NCBI GenBank assembly: GCA_965140705.1
Contig: OZ223300.1
Location: 1,248,001 to 1,312,000, forward strand
From: an uncultured Arcobacter sp.
Lineage (GTDB): Bacteria > Campylobacterota > Campylobacteria > Campylobacterales > Arcobacteraceae
Reading direction: 5' to 3'
Length of the DNA: 64,000 nt
Shown here one piece after another: positions 1 through 9,824 of the stretch (its first letter is position 1; each line of letters opens with the position of its first letter). The notes beneath the pieces were generated by a model. That model searched no databases and had not been told where the DNA came from. It saw only the letters and a program-made list of their open reading frames with translations. A program made the position numbers and the translations under genes.

Positions 1-528
1 GCAATTTACTTTAAAAGTCTCTCTTTCGAAGTAATGAAAAATGCTTTATTAAATACTATTAAAACATCTGTAATGATTAGTTTTATAATAGTTGGTGCTG
101 GATTTTTATCTCAAGTGGTTGGATTCTTAGGAATTGCAAGAGCCATTAGTGAGTTTATAGCCACAATGGGACTTTCTCCTTTTTCTTTGATTCTAATTAT
201 TGGTATAATGTATGTATTTTTAGGAATGATTTTAGATGGTATTTCTATTGTTGTTATGACTTTACCTATTGTATTACCTATTATTCAGTTAGCTGGATTT
301 GATCCCTTATGGTTTGGTATTTTTTTAGTATTTATGGTTGAATTATCACAAATCACACCACCGGTTGGATTTTCACTCTTTGTTATACAAAGTATAAGTG
401 GAGAAAAAATAGAATATATATTAAAAGCAACCTTACCATTTTTTATTTTAATGATAGTTGCAGTTGTTTTAATCACTGCTTTTCCAGAAATTGTAGAGTT
501 TATACCTAGATATATGACTACAAAATAA
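1..528 (+). CDS. TRAP transporter large permease (DctM family), C-terminal part; starts upstream of the window
   Basis: Hydrophobic ORF with the DctM C-terminal signature GFDPLWFGI...QITPPVGFSLF; frame appears open back to position 1. Confidence 0.9.
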   Translation, partial: AIYFKSLSFEVMKNALLNTIKTSVMISFIIVGAGFLSQVVGFLGIARAISEFIATMGLSPFSLILIIGIMYVFLGMILDGISIVVMTLPIVLPIIQLAGFDPLWFGIFLVFMVELSQITPPVGFSLFVIQSISGEKIEYILKATLPFFILMIVAVVLITAFPEIVEFIPRYMTTK

Positions 529-540
529 TTTAAATCTTTC

Positions 541-568
541 AAAAGGGGAAATTCTTCCCCTTTTTTTT
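541..568 (+). terminator. Rho-independent terminator
   Basis: AAAAGGGGAA-attc-TTCCCCTTTT hairpin followed by a T run, just after the DctM stop. Confidence 0.85.
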
Positions 569-572
569 CTTA

Positions 573-615
573 TACACTTTTTTCACACCTCGAACACATT
601 TCATATAGTTAGAAT
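573..615 (+). promoter_or_regulatory. Putative regulator-binding repeats and -10 box of the dctP operon
   Basis: TACACT-N5-CACACC-TCG-AACACATT followed by TAGAAT (610-615); similar motifs occur at 8293-8309 and 8352-8383. Confidence 0.45.
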
Positions 616-644
616 TTCTTAGATACTTAAAAAAAGGATTAAAA

Positions 645-1676
645 ATGAAAAAAAGTGTTTTCTTTTCTCTTGCAGGTGTGGTTTTAGCTTCAAGTTTATA
701 TGCTGCACCAAAAAAACTAAGAGTTGTTGGTTCATGGAGTAGTTTATCATTATATAAAGAATATGAAAAGCCATTTTGGAAAAAGGAATTTGTTAAAGAG
801 TTTCCTGGTACAAAAGTTAGATTGAGTTCTTTAGGTCAAATAAAACTAAAAGGTGCAGCAGTTTATAGAGAGTTATCAAAAGGGACTTTTGATGTGGTTT
901 CAACTGTTGGAGATTATGTTGTATCTGATTCTGAGACAATTGCAGGGTTGGACTTTCCTACTATGGCAAATGACTTGACAGTGGCTAAAAAAGTTGTAGA
1001 TGCTTATAAAAATACTTTAGATGAAGCATTAAAAAAAGATTTTAATGCAAAACTATTAGCAGTAGTTCCATATCCTGCACAAGTATTATTTTGTAAAGAA
1101 AGAATTACCTCATTAAAAGATTTAAAAGGTAAAAAAGTAAGAGCTTCTGGTTGGACTGTATCTTCATTTTTAGATGGAGTTGGAGCTACTGGAATCACAA
1201 TGTCATTTGGTGAAGTTCCTCAAGCATTACAAAGAGGTGTAATTGATTGTGCTGTTACTGGTGGATTATCTGGATATTCAGCTGGTTGGGGAGAAGTTTC
1301 AAATTACTTATATCCTTTACAAATTGGTGGTTGGGATTATGTAGTTACTGCTATGAATCTAGATACCTGGAATAGTTTTTCAAAAGATGAACAAACAAAA
1401 CTTTTAGCTTCAATAAATACTAATATTACAACTCCTGCTTGGGTTAAAACTAATTATGAAACAAAAGAGGGTGAGAAGTGTCTAACAGGACAAGATTGTT
1501 CATACGGGAAACCTAATAAAATGAAACTAGTAAAAGTAAAAGATGCTGATGAAGATTTATCAAAAGAGGTATTAATTAACAATGTTATTCCTCAATGGAC
1601 TAAAAAAGTTTCTCCTGAAGTAGTTAAAGAGTGGAATGATTCTATTGGAAAAATTGTAAATATTACAGCTAAATAA
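645..1676 (+). CDS. dctP: TRAP transporter substrate-binding protein (DctP family)
   Basis: Signal peptide, DLKGKKVRA motif, GEVPQALQRGVIDC; first gene ahead of the small and large permeases; SD AAGGA. Confidence 0.9.
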   Translation: MKKSVFFSLAGVVLASSLYAAPKKLRVVGSWSSLSLYKEYEKPFWKKEFVKEFPGTKVRLSSLGQIKLKGAAVYRELSKGTFDVVSTVGDYVVSDSETIAGLDFPTMANDLTVAKKVVDAYKNTLDEALKKDFNAKLLAVVPYPAQVLFCKERITSLKDLKGKKVRASGWTVSSFLDGVGATGITMSFGEVPQALQRGVIDCAVTGGLSGYSAGWGEVSNYLYPLQIGGWDYVVTAMNLDTWNSFSKDEQTKLLASINTNITTPAWVKTNYETKEGEKCLTGQDCSYGKPNKMKLVKVKDADEDLSKEVLINNVIPQWTKKVSPEVVKEWNDSIGKIVNITAK

Positions 1677-1687
1677 AAAGAGTTCTT

Positions 1688-2224
1688 ATGATTGAAAAAT
1701 TAAAAAAGAGTTCTGAATATTTTGTTTATATATGTGGGATTCTACTTTTTGCAGCTGTATTTTTAACAAGTATAGATGTAATTTTGAGAAAATTCTTTTT
1801 AATATCATTTGGTGGAACAGATGAGTTGGCTGGATATGCTTTAGGTATTTGTATATCTTGGTCTTTGGCATATGTTTTATTTGAAAAAATGCATATTAGA
1901 ATTGACATTATCTATAACAAAGTAAGTAAAAGAGTACAAAATTTTTTTGATGTTATTGCAATGGGATTTACTTTAGCTTTTATTGGATTATTAGTATATT
2001 TTTCATCTGATGTTTTTTATACTTCTTTTATCAAAAATTCTACAGCAAATACGCCATTGGGAACACCTCTATGGATACCACAGTTTTTTTGGCTTTTTGG
2101 GTATGTATTCTTTTTAATAGTTGTTGCAATTTTATTTTTTAAATCTTTAAAAACTTTGATAAGTAATAAAAGCAACGGATATTCAAATGTAAAAAAGGAA
2201 GAGCATGACATTAGTATTGATTAG
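1688..2224 (+). CDS. dctQ: TRAP transporter small permease (DctQ)
   Basis: About 4 TM segments, HIRID motif, TPLWIPQ; lies between dctP and dctM. Confidence 0.9.
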   Translation: MIEKLKKSSEYFVYICGILLFAAVFLTSIDVILRKFFLISFGGTDELAGYALGICISWSLAYVLFEKMHIRIDIIYNKVSKRVQNFFDVIAMGFTLAFIGLLVYFSSDVFYTSFIKNSTANTPLGTPLWIPQFFWLFGYVFFLIVVAILFFKSLKTLISNKSNGYSNVKKEEHDISID

Positions 2225-3491
2225 TATAGTTATTTTACTTTTATTACTTTTATTATCTGTTCCTGTTGCTTCTACAATTGCTGGAATTAGTATTATTGTT
2301 GGATATTTTTTCTCTGATTATCCAGTTTTTTCTTCTATAGGAGAAATAACTTGGAGTGTTAGTACGGATTATTTACTTTTATCTATTCCATTTTTTGTAT
2401 TATTAGGTGAAATATTACTTCACTCAGGAATAGCAAAAAACATCTATTTTGCCTTGCATAAATGGCTTTCTTGGTTACCTGGTGGTTTGCTACATGCAAA
2501 TATAGCTTCATCAGCAATTTTTTCATCTATTTCTGGTTCTTCTGTGGCAACGGCAGCTACTATAACTACTGTTGCTATGCCTCAGTGTGAAAAGCATGGA
2601 TACAAAGAAGGACTTTTTGCAGGAACAATTGCAGCTGGAGGAACACTTGGTATTTTAATTCCACCATCAATAAATTTAATTGTTTATGGCTTTTTAACGA
2701 ATACCTCAATACCCAAGCTTTTTATGGCAGGACTTCTTCCTGGAATGCTTATGGCTATTTTATTTATGCTTTTTATTTTAGTTTATTCTTTATTAAAAAA
2801 AGAAAAGGAGCAAAAAGAATATAGTGTAACTTGGAAAGAAAGATTTATTGCATTAAGGGATTTACTCCCAATATTTATACTTTTTGTTTTGATTATGGGG
2901 TCAATATATACGGGTATTGCAACGCCTACTGAAAGTGCTGCTCTTGGAGTTTTATTTTCATTGGCAATTACATATTTTAGTGGTTTATTAAATTTTGAAG
3001 TTATTAAAAAATCAATAAAAGGAACTATGAGAACAACAGGAATGATTATGTTTATTATCATTGCTGCAAATTTCTTGAATTTTGTTTTAGTTTCTATTGG
3101 TTTAACTGATGATTTATCAGATTTTATTGAGGGCTTAGCAATATCAAAATATACAATGCTTGTTATTGTAACTTTGCTATTTATTGTATTGGGTCTTTTT
3201 ATTGAGACTTTATCTTTGATGGTAATTACTATACCTATCATTGCTCCTGTTATGATTACTTTAGGTTTTGACCCAATTTGGTTTGGAATTTATTTAATAA
3301 TTTTAATAGAAATGGCTTTAATAACTCCACCTGTTGGATTGAATTTATATGTTGTGCAAGGGATTAGAAATAAAGGAAGTATTATTGAAGTTATGAAAGG
3401 ATGTATACCTTTTGTTCTTATAATGTTGCTTATGAGTATATTATTGGTTTTCTTTCCTGAAATTAGTCTATATTTTGTAAATTTTGCATAG
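2205..3491 (+). CDS. dctM: TRAP transporter large permease (DctM)
   Basis: SGSSVATAA, GGTLGILIPPS, TPTESAA and ITPPVGLNL motifs. Confidence 0.93.
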   Translation: MTLVLISIVILLLLLLLSVPVASTIAGISIIVGYFFSDYPVFSSIGEITWSVSTDYLLLSIPFFVLLGEILLHSGIAKNIYFALHKWLSWLPGGLLHANIASSAIFSSISGSSVATAATITTVAMPQCEKHGYKEGLFAGTIAAGGTLGILIPPSINLIVYGFLTNTSIPKLFMAGLLPGMLMAILFMLFILVYSLLKKEKEQKEYSVTWKERFIALRDLLPIFILFVLIMGSIYTGIATPTESAALGVLFSLAITYFSGLLNFEVIKKSIKGTMRTTGMIMFIIIAANFLNFVLVSIGLTDDLSDFIEGLAISKYTMLVIVTLLFIVLGLFIETLSLMVITIPIIAPVMITLGFDPIWFGIYLIILIEMALITPPVGLNLYVVQGIRNKGSIIEVMKGCIPFVLIMLLMSILLVFFPEISLYFVNFA

Positions 3492-3499
3492 GAGAAAGT

Positions 3500-4303
3500 A
3501 TGAGTAAACTTAGAATTGTTGGTGTCCAAATAAGATGTGATGGTAGTAAAAAGGATATGCTTATAAAAGCAAGAAAATATGTAGAAGAAGCAATTGAAGC
3601 AAATAAAAATATTGATATTGTTGCTTTACCTGAAACTTTTTATCAAGCTCAAGCACATCCTGTAGATGGAGAAATATTAGGTGAAGAACCAAATGGTGAA
3701 TATGAGACTTTTTTTAAAGAATTAGCACGTGAATTTAATGTAAATATTGTTGCCGGGTCATATTTAGTTAAAGGAGAAGAGAAGTTAAAGAATAAATGCC
3801 TTGTTATTAATAGACAAGGAGAAGTTGTAGGAGATTATTCAAAAATTCATTTATTTGATTCTTTTGGAATGAAAGAATCAGAAGTAATGGAATATGGAGA
3901 TCATATTGGAGTATTTGAACTTGATTGTGCAAAGATTGGTGTGATTATTTGTTATGACATAAGATTTCCTGAGTTAACTAGAAATCTTGCAAGTAAAGGC
4001 ATTGATATGCTTTTTATACCTGCCGCATTTTATTTACCAAGACTTGACCAATGGGAGTTATTAGTAAAATCTACTGCAATACAAAGTGTAAGCCCTGTCT
4101 GTGCTATTAATCAGTTTGGTAAAACTCAAGAACCTTGGATTGGATTTTTTGGAAGAAGTATGTTGGTTGATTCTTATGGATGTATTGTTGCAGGTGCATC
4201 TGATAAGGAGACCTATTTTTTCGGTGAGGTTGATTTGGATTATGCAAAACAAATGAGAGAGTCTAATCCTTGTTTATCTCACAGAAGAGCAAAATTTTAT
4301 TAG
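3500..4303 (+). CDS. Carbon-nitrogen hydrolase (nitrilase superfamily; Nit1/omega-amidase-like)
   Basis: Catalytic triad motifs LPE, YSKIHLFD and ICYDIRFPEL. Confidence 0.9.
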   Translation: MSKLRIVGVQIRCDGSKKDMLIKARKYVEEAIEANKNIDIVALPETFYQAQAHPVDGEILGEEPNGEYETFFKELAREFNVNIVAGSYLVKGEEKLKNKCLVINRQGEVVGDYSKIHLFDSFGMKESEVMEYGDHIGVFELDCAKIGVIICYDIRFPELTRNLASKGIDMLFIPAAFYLPRLDQWELLVKSTAIQSVSPVCAINQFGKTQEPWIGFFGRSMLVDSYGCIVAGASDKETYFFGEVDLDYAKQMRESNPCLSHRRAKFY

Positions 4304-4311
4304 GAGTTATT

Positions 4312-4971
4312 ATGGTATTAAGTAAAGAATTAGTAGAAAGATATTTAAAAACGGATCCTGCTCAAATAGGACACTATATTAATAGTGGTTATATGAGTCC
4401 TAAAATAGGACCAGTTTTTCAAGATTGTAAAATGGTAGGACCTGCTTATACAATAAGAGTTGCAGTTAATGATTCTGCAATAGTCTATTATGCTATGAAA
4501 AAAGCGCCAAAAGGTTCTGTAATAGTTATTGATAGATTAGGTGATGAAGTTTATGCTTGTGCAGGTGAAATTGTTGCTCGTTCAGCAAAAGCATTGGGAA
4601 TGGCTGGTGTTGTAATTGATGGTCCATCAACAGATGTTCAAGCAATGAGAGAGATAGGTCTTCCTGTATTTTCTACTGGACTATCTCCTGTTACTACAAC
4701 TTTACTTGGACTTACTGGTGAATATGATATTCCTGTTCAATGTGGAGGTACAATTGTAAACCCTGGTGATATTATTTTTGGAGATGATAATGGTGTTATC
4801 GTTATTCCTCCTGAAAAAGCTGAAGAACTTTTATTAAAAGCTGAAGAAGCTGATAGAAAAGAAGAAAAATTAAGAGCAATTTTCGAAGAGGGTAAATATG
4901 TTGATTATTGTACAAATATTGATGCTCTTGTAGAGACTGATCATAGACCATACTTTAAAGAATTAAAATGA
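4312..4971 (+). CDS. RraA/HMG-aldolase family protein
   Basis: VGPAYT, GSVIVID, GVVIDG and VNPGDIIFGDDNGVIVIP motifs; start moved to ATG 4312, which follows SD AGGAG. Confidence 0.85.
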   Translation: MVLSKELVERYLKTDPAQIGHYINSGYMSPKIGPVFQDCKMVGPAYTIRVAVNDSAIVYYAMKKAPKGSVIVIDRLGDEVYACAGEIVARSAKALGMAGVVIDGPSTDVQAMREIGLPVFSTGLSPVTTTLLGLTGEYDIPVQCGGTIVNPGDIIFGDDNGVIVIPPEKAEELLLKAEEADRKEEKLRAIFEEGKYVDYCTNIDALVETDHRPYFKELK

Positions 4972-5735
4972 AAACAAAAGAGTTTAGACAACTAATTTCT
5001 AAAGGTGAATTTGCTAAACCCACTGCAGGATACTGCACTGGGTTTGTTCAAGCAAATATGTTGGTAATTCCTAAAAAATATGCTGATTCTTTTGAAGAGT
5101 TTGGAAAATTAAATCATAAAGCAATTCCTATTTTAGAAGTAATTAGAGATTCATATTATACTAAGATTTTGGCTGACAATGCCAATTTATTAAAGGAACT
5201 ACCTTCTTATAATATTTTTGAAGATGGTAAGTATGTAAGAAGTGTAAAAAATATAGAAGAATACTATTCAAAAGATTTAGTATTTTTTCTAGTTGGATGT
5301 AGTTTTACTTTTGAAACTTCACTTATAAATTCTGGTATTTTATTAAGACATGTTGAAGAGAAAAAAAATGTTGCTATGTATGATACAAATATTAAGTTAA
5401 ATAAAGTTGGTATTTTTGAAGGGAATATGGTAGTTTCTATGCGACCTATAAAAAAGGATAGAGTATCAGAAGCTTGTGTTGTCACAAGTCATTTCCCAAA
5501 TATGCATGGTGGACCAATCCAAGTTGGTTATCCTGAGATGATAGGAATAGAAGATATTACTAAACCTGATTACGGTGATTCTATTGAAATAAAAGAGGAT
5601 GAGATACCTGTTTTTTGGCCTTGTGGGGTTACCCCTGAAAACGTATTAAAAAATGTAAAATTACCTTTTGCAATAACACACTCTCCTGGTCATATGTTTA
5701 TTAGTGATAGAAAAGATAGTGAATATTATGTATAA
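4968..5735 (+). CDS. DUF1445/YcsI family putative hydro-lyase (D-glutamate cyclase-like)
   Basis: GFVQAN, GCSFTFE, VVSMRP, HGGP, PVFWPCGVTP and ITHSPGHMF motifs; ATGA overlap with the upstream gene. Confidence 0.88.
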   Translation: MKTKEFRQLISKGEFAKPTAGYCTGFVQANMLVIPKKYADSFEEFGKLNHKAIPILEVIRDSYYTKILADNANLLKELPSYNIFEDGKYVRSVKNIEEYYSKDLVFFLVGCSFTFETSLINSGILLRHVEEKKNVAMYDTNIKLNKVGIFEGNMVVSMRPIKKDRVSEACVVTSHFPNMHGGPIQVGYPEMIGIEDITKPDYGDSIEIKEDEIPVFWPCGVTPENVLKNVKLPFAITHSPGHMFISDRKDSEYYV

Positions 5736-5737
5736 AA

Positions 5738-6418
5738 TTAGTTTTTGATTAATCTATAACCTTCTTGTATAATATTTTCAATAATTTGTACAGGAAGTTT
5801 TTTCCTTAACTCTTTAATAAATGTTTTTAATGCATTTTGAGTCATATCTTTATCCACCCAAATATACTCTTGAATCATATCATAAGTGGTGATTTTATCT
5901 TTATTCTTATATAAAAGTTCCAAAAAGTGCTTATCTTTTTTTCTAAGTGGAATAGTCTCTTTATTATAATATAAATTACTATTTTCAATATCTAAATATA
6001 AACTTGGATATATTTCAAACATAGTGTGATTTTCATTAAATATTGCGACTGTTATTGCTTCATAAAGTTTTTTGTTAGTTACTGGTTTTAATATATAGTG
6101 AGAAATTTTTAAATTGATTAAGTTTAATAAATATTCTTCTTTTGAGTAAGCACTTATGACAATAATAGGAATTCCCATATCAATTAAACGGATTTTTTTA
6201 ATTAATTCTATTCCATTTTCATCTTTCATTTCAATATCTGTAATAATTAAATCAGGTTTATTTTCTAAATAAAGCTCATAACCATCAATTACATTATCAC
6301 TTTGAAAAACTTCTTTGAAATAAAAGCTTAAAATAGTTACTAATTTTTCTCTTATAAAATCATCATCTTCCACTATTAAAACAGAATATGTTTCAAGTTT
6401 ATTTTCTAATCTTTCCAT
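5738..6418 (-). CDS. OmpR-family response regulator
   Basis: Receiver domain (VEDD, ITDIEM, KP) plus winged-helix C-terminus (LRKKL...GYRL). Confidence 0.92.
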   Translation of the reverse strand: MERLENKLETYSVLIVEDDDFIREKLVTILSFYFKEVFQSDNVIDGYELYLENKPDLIITDIEMKDENGIELIKKIRLIDMGIPIIVISAYSKEEYLLNLINLKISHYILKPVTNKKLYEAITVAIFNENHTMFEIYPSLYLDIENSNLYYNKETIPLRKKDKHFLELLYKNKDKITTYDMIQEYIWVDKDMTQNALKTFIKELRKKLPVQIIENIIQEGYRLIKN

Positions 6419-6427
6419 TATTTACCC

Positions 6428-8254
6428 TTATACAACTATTCTAAAAAGTGCACCTTCATTGGTGTTTCTAACTGTTAGTTTTCCATCCATGTTTTTTTCT
6501 ATTATCATTTTTGACATATATAAACCTAATCCTGTCCCTTGTACTGTTTTAGTTGAGAAATAAGGTTCAAAGATTTTTTCTATATTATCTAATTTTATTC
6601 CACCTGCATTATCTTTTACAGCAACTATTGATTTATTATTGTATGTATTAACTATTAAGTATATACAAGAATTAAACCTCTTGTTCATAATTAAGGCATC
6701 TTTCGCATTTAATAAAAGATTTAATATAACTTGTGAATACTCTCTTGGATAACCCTTGATTTTTTTATCATTAATTACTTTATAGTATAGTTTAATTCCT
6801 TGATTATTTAAAGATTCTTTGACCAAAGATATTGCGTTTTCACAAGCACTAGATATTAAAAATTCTTCTTTATCTTTTTCAGGTTTAAAAAAGTTTTTAA
6901 AATCTTCAATAGTATTTGACATATATTCAATAATATTTGTGGCATCTTCACTGGAAGATAAGATAAATTTATTATCAGCTTTTTTGAACATAATTTTTGT
7001 TTCTATTTCCATTAATATACCACTTAGTTGATTAAGTGGTTGTCTCCATTGATGAGAAATCATACTTAACATTTCTCCCATTCTTGCGTGTCTTGATTGA
7101 TGAAGCATTGCTCTATCTTTTTCTTTTGCTTCAGCTAAGGCTTTATTTACTGTAATGTGAAGATTTTTGTTGTGATTTTTTAGTTTTAACTCTTTTCTTC
7201 TTACTTTATATTTATATTGTTGAAATGTTTTATTTATCTCTTGGGAAATCATAAGTGATAAGATAGAGATAAATATGATTAATAAAAATGCAATTACTAT
7301 TGCTGTTTGTATATAATGATTTGTTTTCTTTTCTAAATCTTTTTTCTTATTCAAAATTACATTGTGAATTTCATCTAAAAAGATTCCAGAACCAATGACC
7401 CAATTCCATTGGCTATAAAGTTTTACAAAAGCAATTTTTTTAGATACTTTACCATTTTTTTCAGTATCAAAGAATTCTAAAAAATCTCCATCATGATGCT
7501 TTGTTGCTAAGCGAATTAAGTTTTGTACATACAGATTGTTTTTGGGATCTTTTCTATTGGTTTCATCCTTTCCTACATCTTTTTTTCTTTTTCCATGGGC
7601 TATTAGAATATTTGTATTTGTATAAACCCAAAAGTAATTATTGTTCCCATATCTTACAAATTCTACCCATCTTGCTATATTATATTTTAAATCATCTAAA
7701 AGGTAAAATATATCTTTTTTTAACACTAATATTAAGTTTTTATTTTTCAAATATTTAAATAAATATAAATTTATTCCATCTTCAATTAAATAGGCTTCTT
7801 TTTTATTTTTTAAGATTTTTTTTAATTCATTTATATTATCAAAATTAAAAAATACATCGGGATTTTTTATAAGATTTTTGTTTTTTATATCAAAGATAAT
7901 AAAATCAGTATTTGAAGTTGCACTTTGTTTTATATAATTGTAATAATTTTTATAAGAGATAGTATTATCTTCAATATTTTTAGCAAAAGTACTCATTTGA
8001 ATATGTATACTTTTTTTTGTATTTTCTATGAGTAGATTTTTTTGATATTTTATATAGCTAATTACTCCATTAGTCTCTTTTTTTAATATCTCTTTTTGTT
8101 TTGAAATATACTCTTTTTCTAGTTGGGCACTCTCTTTTTTAAAGTTATTTTGTTGATTATTAACTAAATAATATAATAGTATACTAACTAACAATATTAT
8201 TGAAAAAATTGGAGTTAATATTATAAGGGTTGGAATATTTTTTTCATTAAACAA
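6428..8254 (-). CDS. Sensor histidine kinase with periplasmic Cache domain
   Basis: Two TM segments, Cache-like YFWV...WNWVIGSG, H-box SHQWRQPL, N/G boxes DNAGG and GTGLGL. Confidence 0.92.
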   Translation of the reverse strand: MFNEKNIPTLIILTPIFSIILLVSILLYYLVNNQQNNFKKESAQLEKEYISKQKEILKKETNGVISYIKYQKNLLIENTKKSIHIQMSTFAKNIEDNTISYKNYYNYIKQSATSNTDFIIFDIKNKNLIKNPDVFFNFDNINELKKILKNKKEAYLIEDGINLYLFKYLKNKNLILVLKKDIFYLLDDLKYNIARWVEFVRYGNNNYFWVYTNTNILIAHGKRKKDVGKDETNRKDPKNNLYVQNLIRLATKHHDGDFLEFFDTEKNGKVSKKIAFVKLYSQWNWVIGSGIFLDEIHNVILNKKKDLEKKTNHYIQTAIVIAFLLIIFISILSLMISQEINKTFQQYKYKVRRKELKLKNHNKNLHITVNKALAEAKEKDRAMLHQSRHARMGEMLSMISHQWRQPLNQLSGILMEIETKIMFKKADNKFILSSSEDATNIIEYMSNTIEDFKNFFKPEKDKEEFLISSACENAISLVKESLNNQGIKLYYKVINDKKIKGYPREYSQVILNLLLNAKDALIMNKRFNSCIYLIVNTYNNKSIVAVKDNAGGIKLDNIEKIFEPYFSTKTVQGTGLGLYMSKMIIEKNMDGKLTVRNTNEGALFRIVV

Positions 8255-8292
8255 ATTTTTCTCCTAAGTATAATTATATAATAAGAATTTAG

Positions 8293-8383
8293 AATGTGTT
8301 ATAAGTGTGCTTTATTAAATTTATGAGTAAATATACTTTAATATTTAAAAACTCACTAGATTCACACTTTAAAATAATAGAAT
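8293..8383. promoter_or_regulatory. Divergent promoter region with CACAC motifs (histidine kinase / pxpA)
   Basis: CACACTTATAACACATT on the - strand (8309-8293); CTCACT-N5-CACACT (8352-8368) then TAGAAT (8378-8383) on the + strand. Confidence 0.45.
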
Positions 8384-8415
8384 TTATTTAAATATTTTAA
8401 AAAGTTAGGATTGAT

Positions 8416-9153
8416 ATGAGTATAAAATTAAATTGTGATATGGGTGAGAGTTTTGGTATTTGGAAGATGGGATTAGATGAAGAGATTATGCCATATATCA
8501 ATATGGCAAATCTTGCTTGTGGATTTCATGCAAGTGATGCTCTTACTATGAATAAATCAGTTGCTTTAGCTAAAAAGTATCATGTAACAGTTGGTGCACA
8601 TCCTGGATATCAAGATTTAGTTGGATTTGGTAGAAGAAGTATACCTTGTACTGATGAAGAGATAATCTCAATTGTTTTATATCAAATTGGGGCATTAAGT
8701 GTTTTTTGTAAAGTACATGATACTTATGTCTCTTATGTAAAACCCCATGGTGGACTCTATCATGATATGATGAATAAAGAGAATGTATTTAGAGCAATTT
8801 TAAGTGCTATTTCTTCTTATGATAAGAATATAAATCTAATGATATTATCAAGTCCAAAAAATGAAGAGTATGCAAAAATTGCAAAGAGTTATAATATTGC
8901 TTTATTATATGAAGTATTTGCAGATAGAAATTATAATGATGATGGAAGTTTAGTTTCAAGAAGTGAAAAAAATGCTGTAATTCATGATGAAAAAGAAGTT
9001 ATAGCAAGAGTTAAAAATTTAAAAGAAAAGGGTAGTTTAAATAGTGTTAGTGGAAAAGAGTTAACTTTAGAAGTTGATGCTCTTTGTGTACATGGTGATA
9101 CTCAAAATGCTTTAGAGTTTATAAAAATACTTAGAAAGGAAATATCTGCATGA
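8416..9153 (+). CDS. pxpA: 5-oxoprolinase subunit A (LamB/YcsF family)
   Basis: LNCDMGESFG, ACGFHA, GAHP, YVKPHG, FADR and CVHGD motifs. Confidence 0.93.
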   Translation: MSIKLNCDMGESFGIWKMGLDEEIMPYINMANLACGFHASDALTMNKSVALAKKYHVTVGAHPGYQDLVGFGRRSIPCTDEEIISIVLYQIGALSVFCKVHDTYVSYVKPHGGLYHDMMNKENVFRAILSAISSYDKNINLMILSSPKNEEYAKIAKSYNIALLYEVFADRNYNDDGSLVSRSEKNAVIHDEKEVIARVKNLKEKGSLNSVSGKELTLEVDALCVHGDTQNALEFIKILRKEISA

Positions 9154-9824
9154 TATTTAAAGTAGCTTCTGTTGATTCATTAGTTATATATTTTGGAAAT
9201 GAGATAAGTGAAGAAATAGCACAAGATGTGCAAAAAGCATATCTCTCTTTGAAAAGTTTAAATATTGAAGGTTTAATAGAGATTATTCCTTCATATACTA
9301 CTATTTACATAAGTTACGATATTTTCAAATATGATTATTCATCTTTAGTAGAATTATTAAAACAAAGTATAAACTTAGAGTATGAAGATAATAGTTCAAA
9401 GAACATAATAAATATAGATGTATATTATGGGCAAGAGGTTGGTTTAGACTTAAGTGATATGAGTATAAAAACAAATCTTCCAATCGAAAAGATTATAGAG
9501 ATACATTCACAAAAACTTTATGATGTATATGCCATAGGTTTTGCTCCTGGTTTTGGATTTTTAGCTAGTGTGGATAAACAAATAGCAGTTCCAAGATTAT
9601 CAAGCCCAAGAAAAAGTGTACCTAAAGGCTCAGTAGCTATTGCAGATAGACAAACAGCAGTTTATCCTCAAAGTTCACCTGGTGGGTGGAATATTATAGG
9701 ACGAACAGCAATGGAGCTATTTGATAAGAGTTTAGAAAAACTTTCACCTTTAAGTGTTGGGGATAAGGTTAAATTTAATGCAATTAGTAAAGAAGAGTTT
9801 TTAGCTCAAGGTGGAATTATATGA
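9150..9824 (+). CDS. pxpB: 5-oxoprolinase subunit B
   Basis: GFAPGF, PRKSVPKGSVAIA and YPQSSPGGWNIIGRT motifs. Confidence 0.92.
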   Translation: MIFKVASVDSLVIYFGNEISEEIAQDVQKAYLSLKSLNIEGLIEIIPSYTTIYISYDIFKYDYSSLVELLKQSINLEYEDNSSKNIINIDVYYGQEVGLDLSDMSIKTNLPIEKIIEIHSQKLYDVYAIGFAPGFGFLASVDKQIAVPRLSSPRKSVPKGSVAIADRQTAVYPQSSPGGWNIIGRTAMELFDKSLEKLSPLSVGDKVKFNAISKEEFLAQGGII

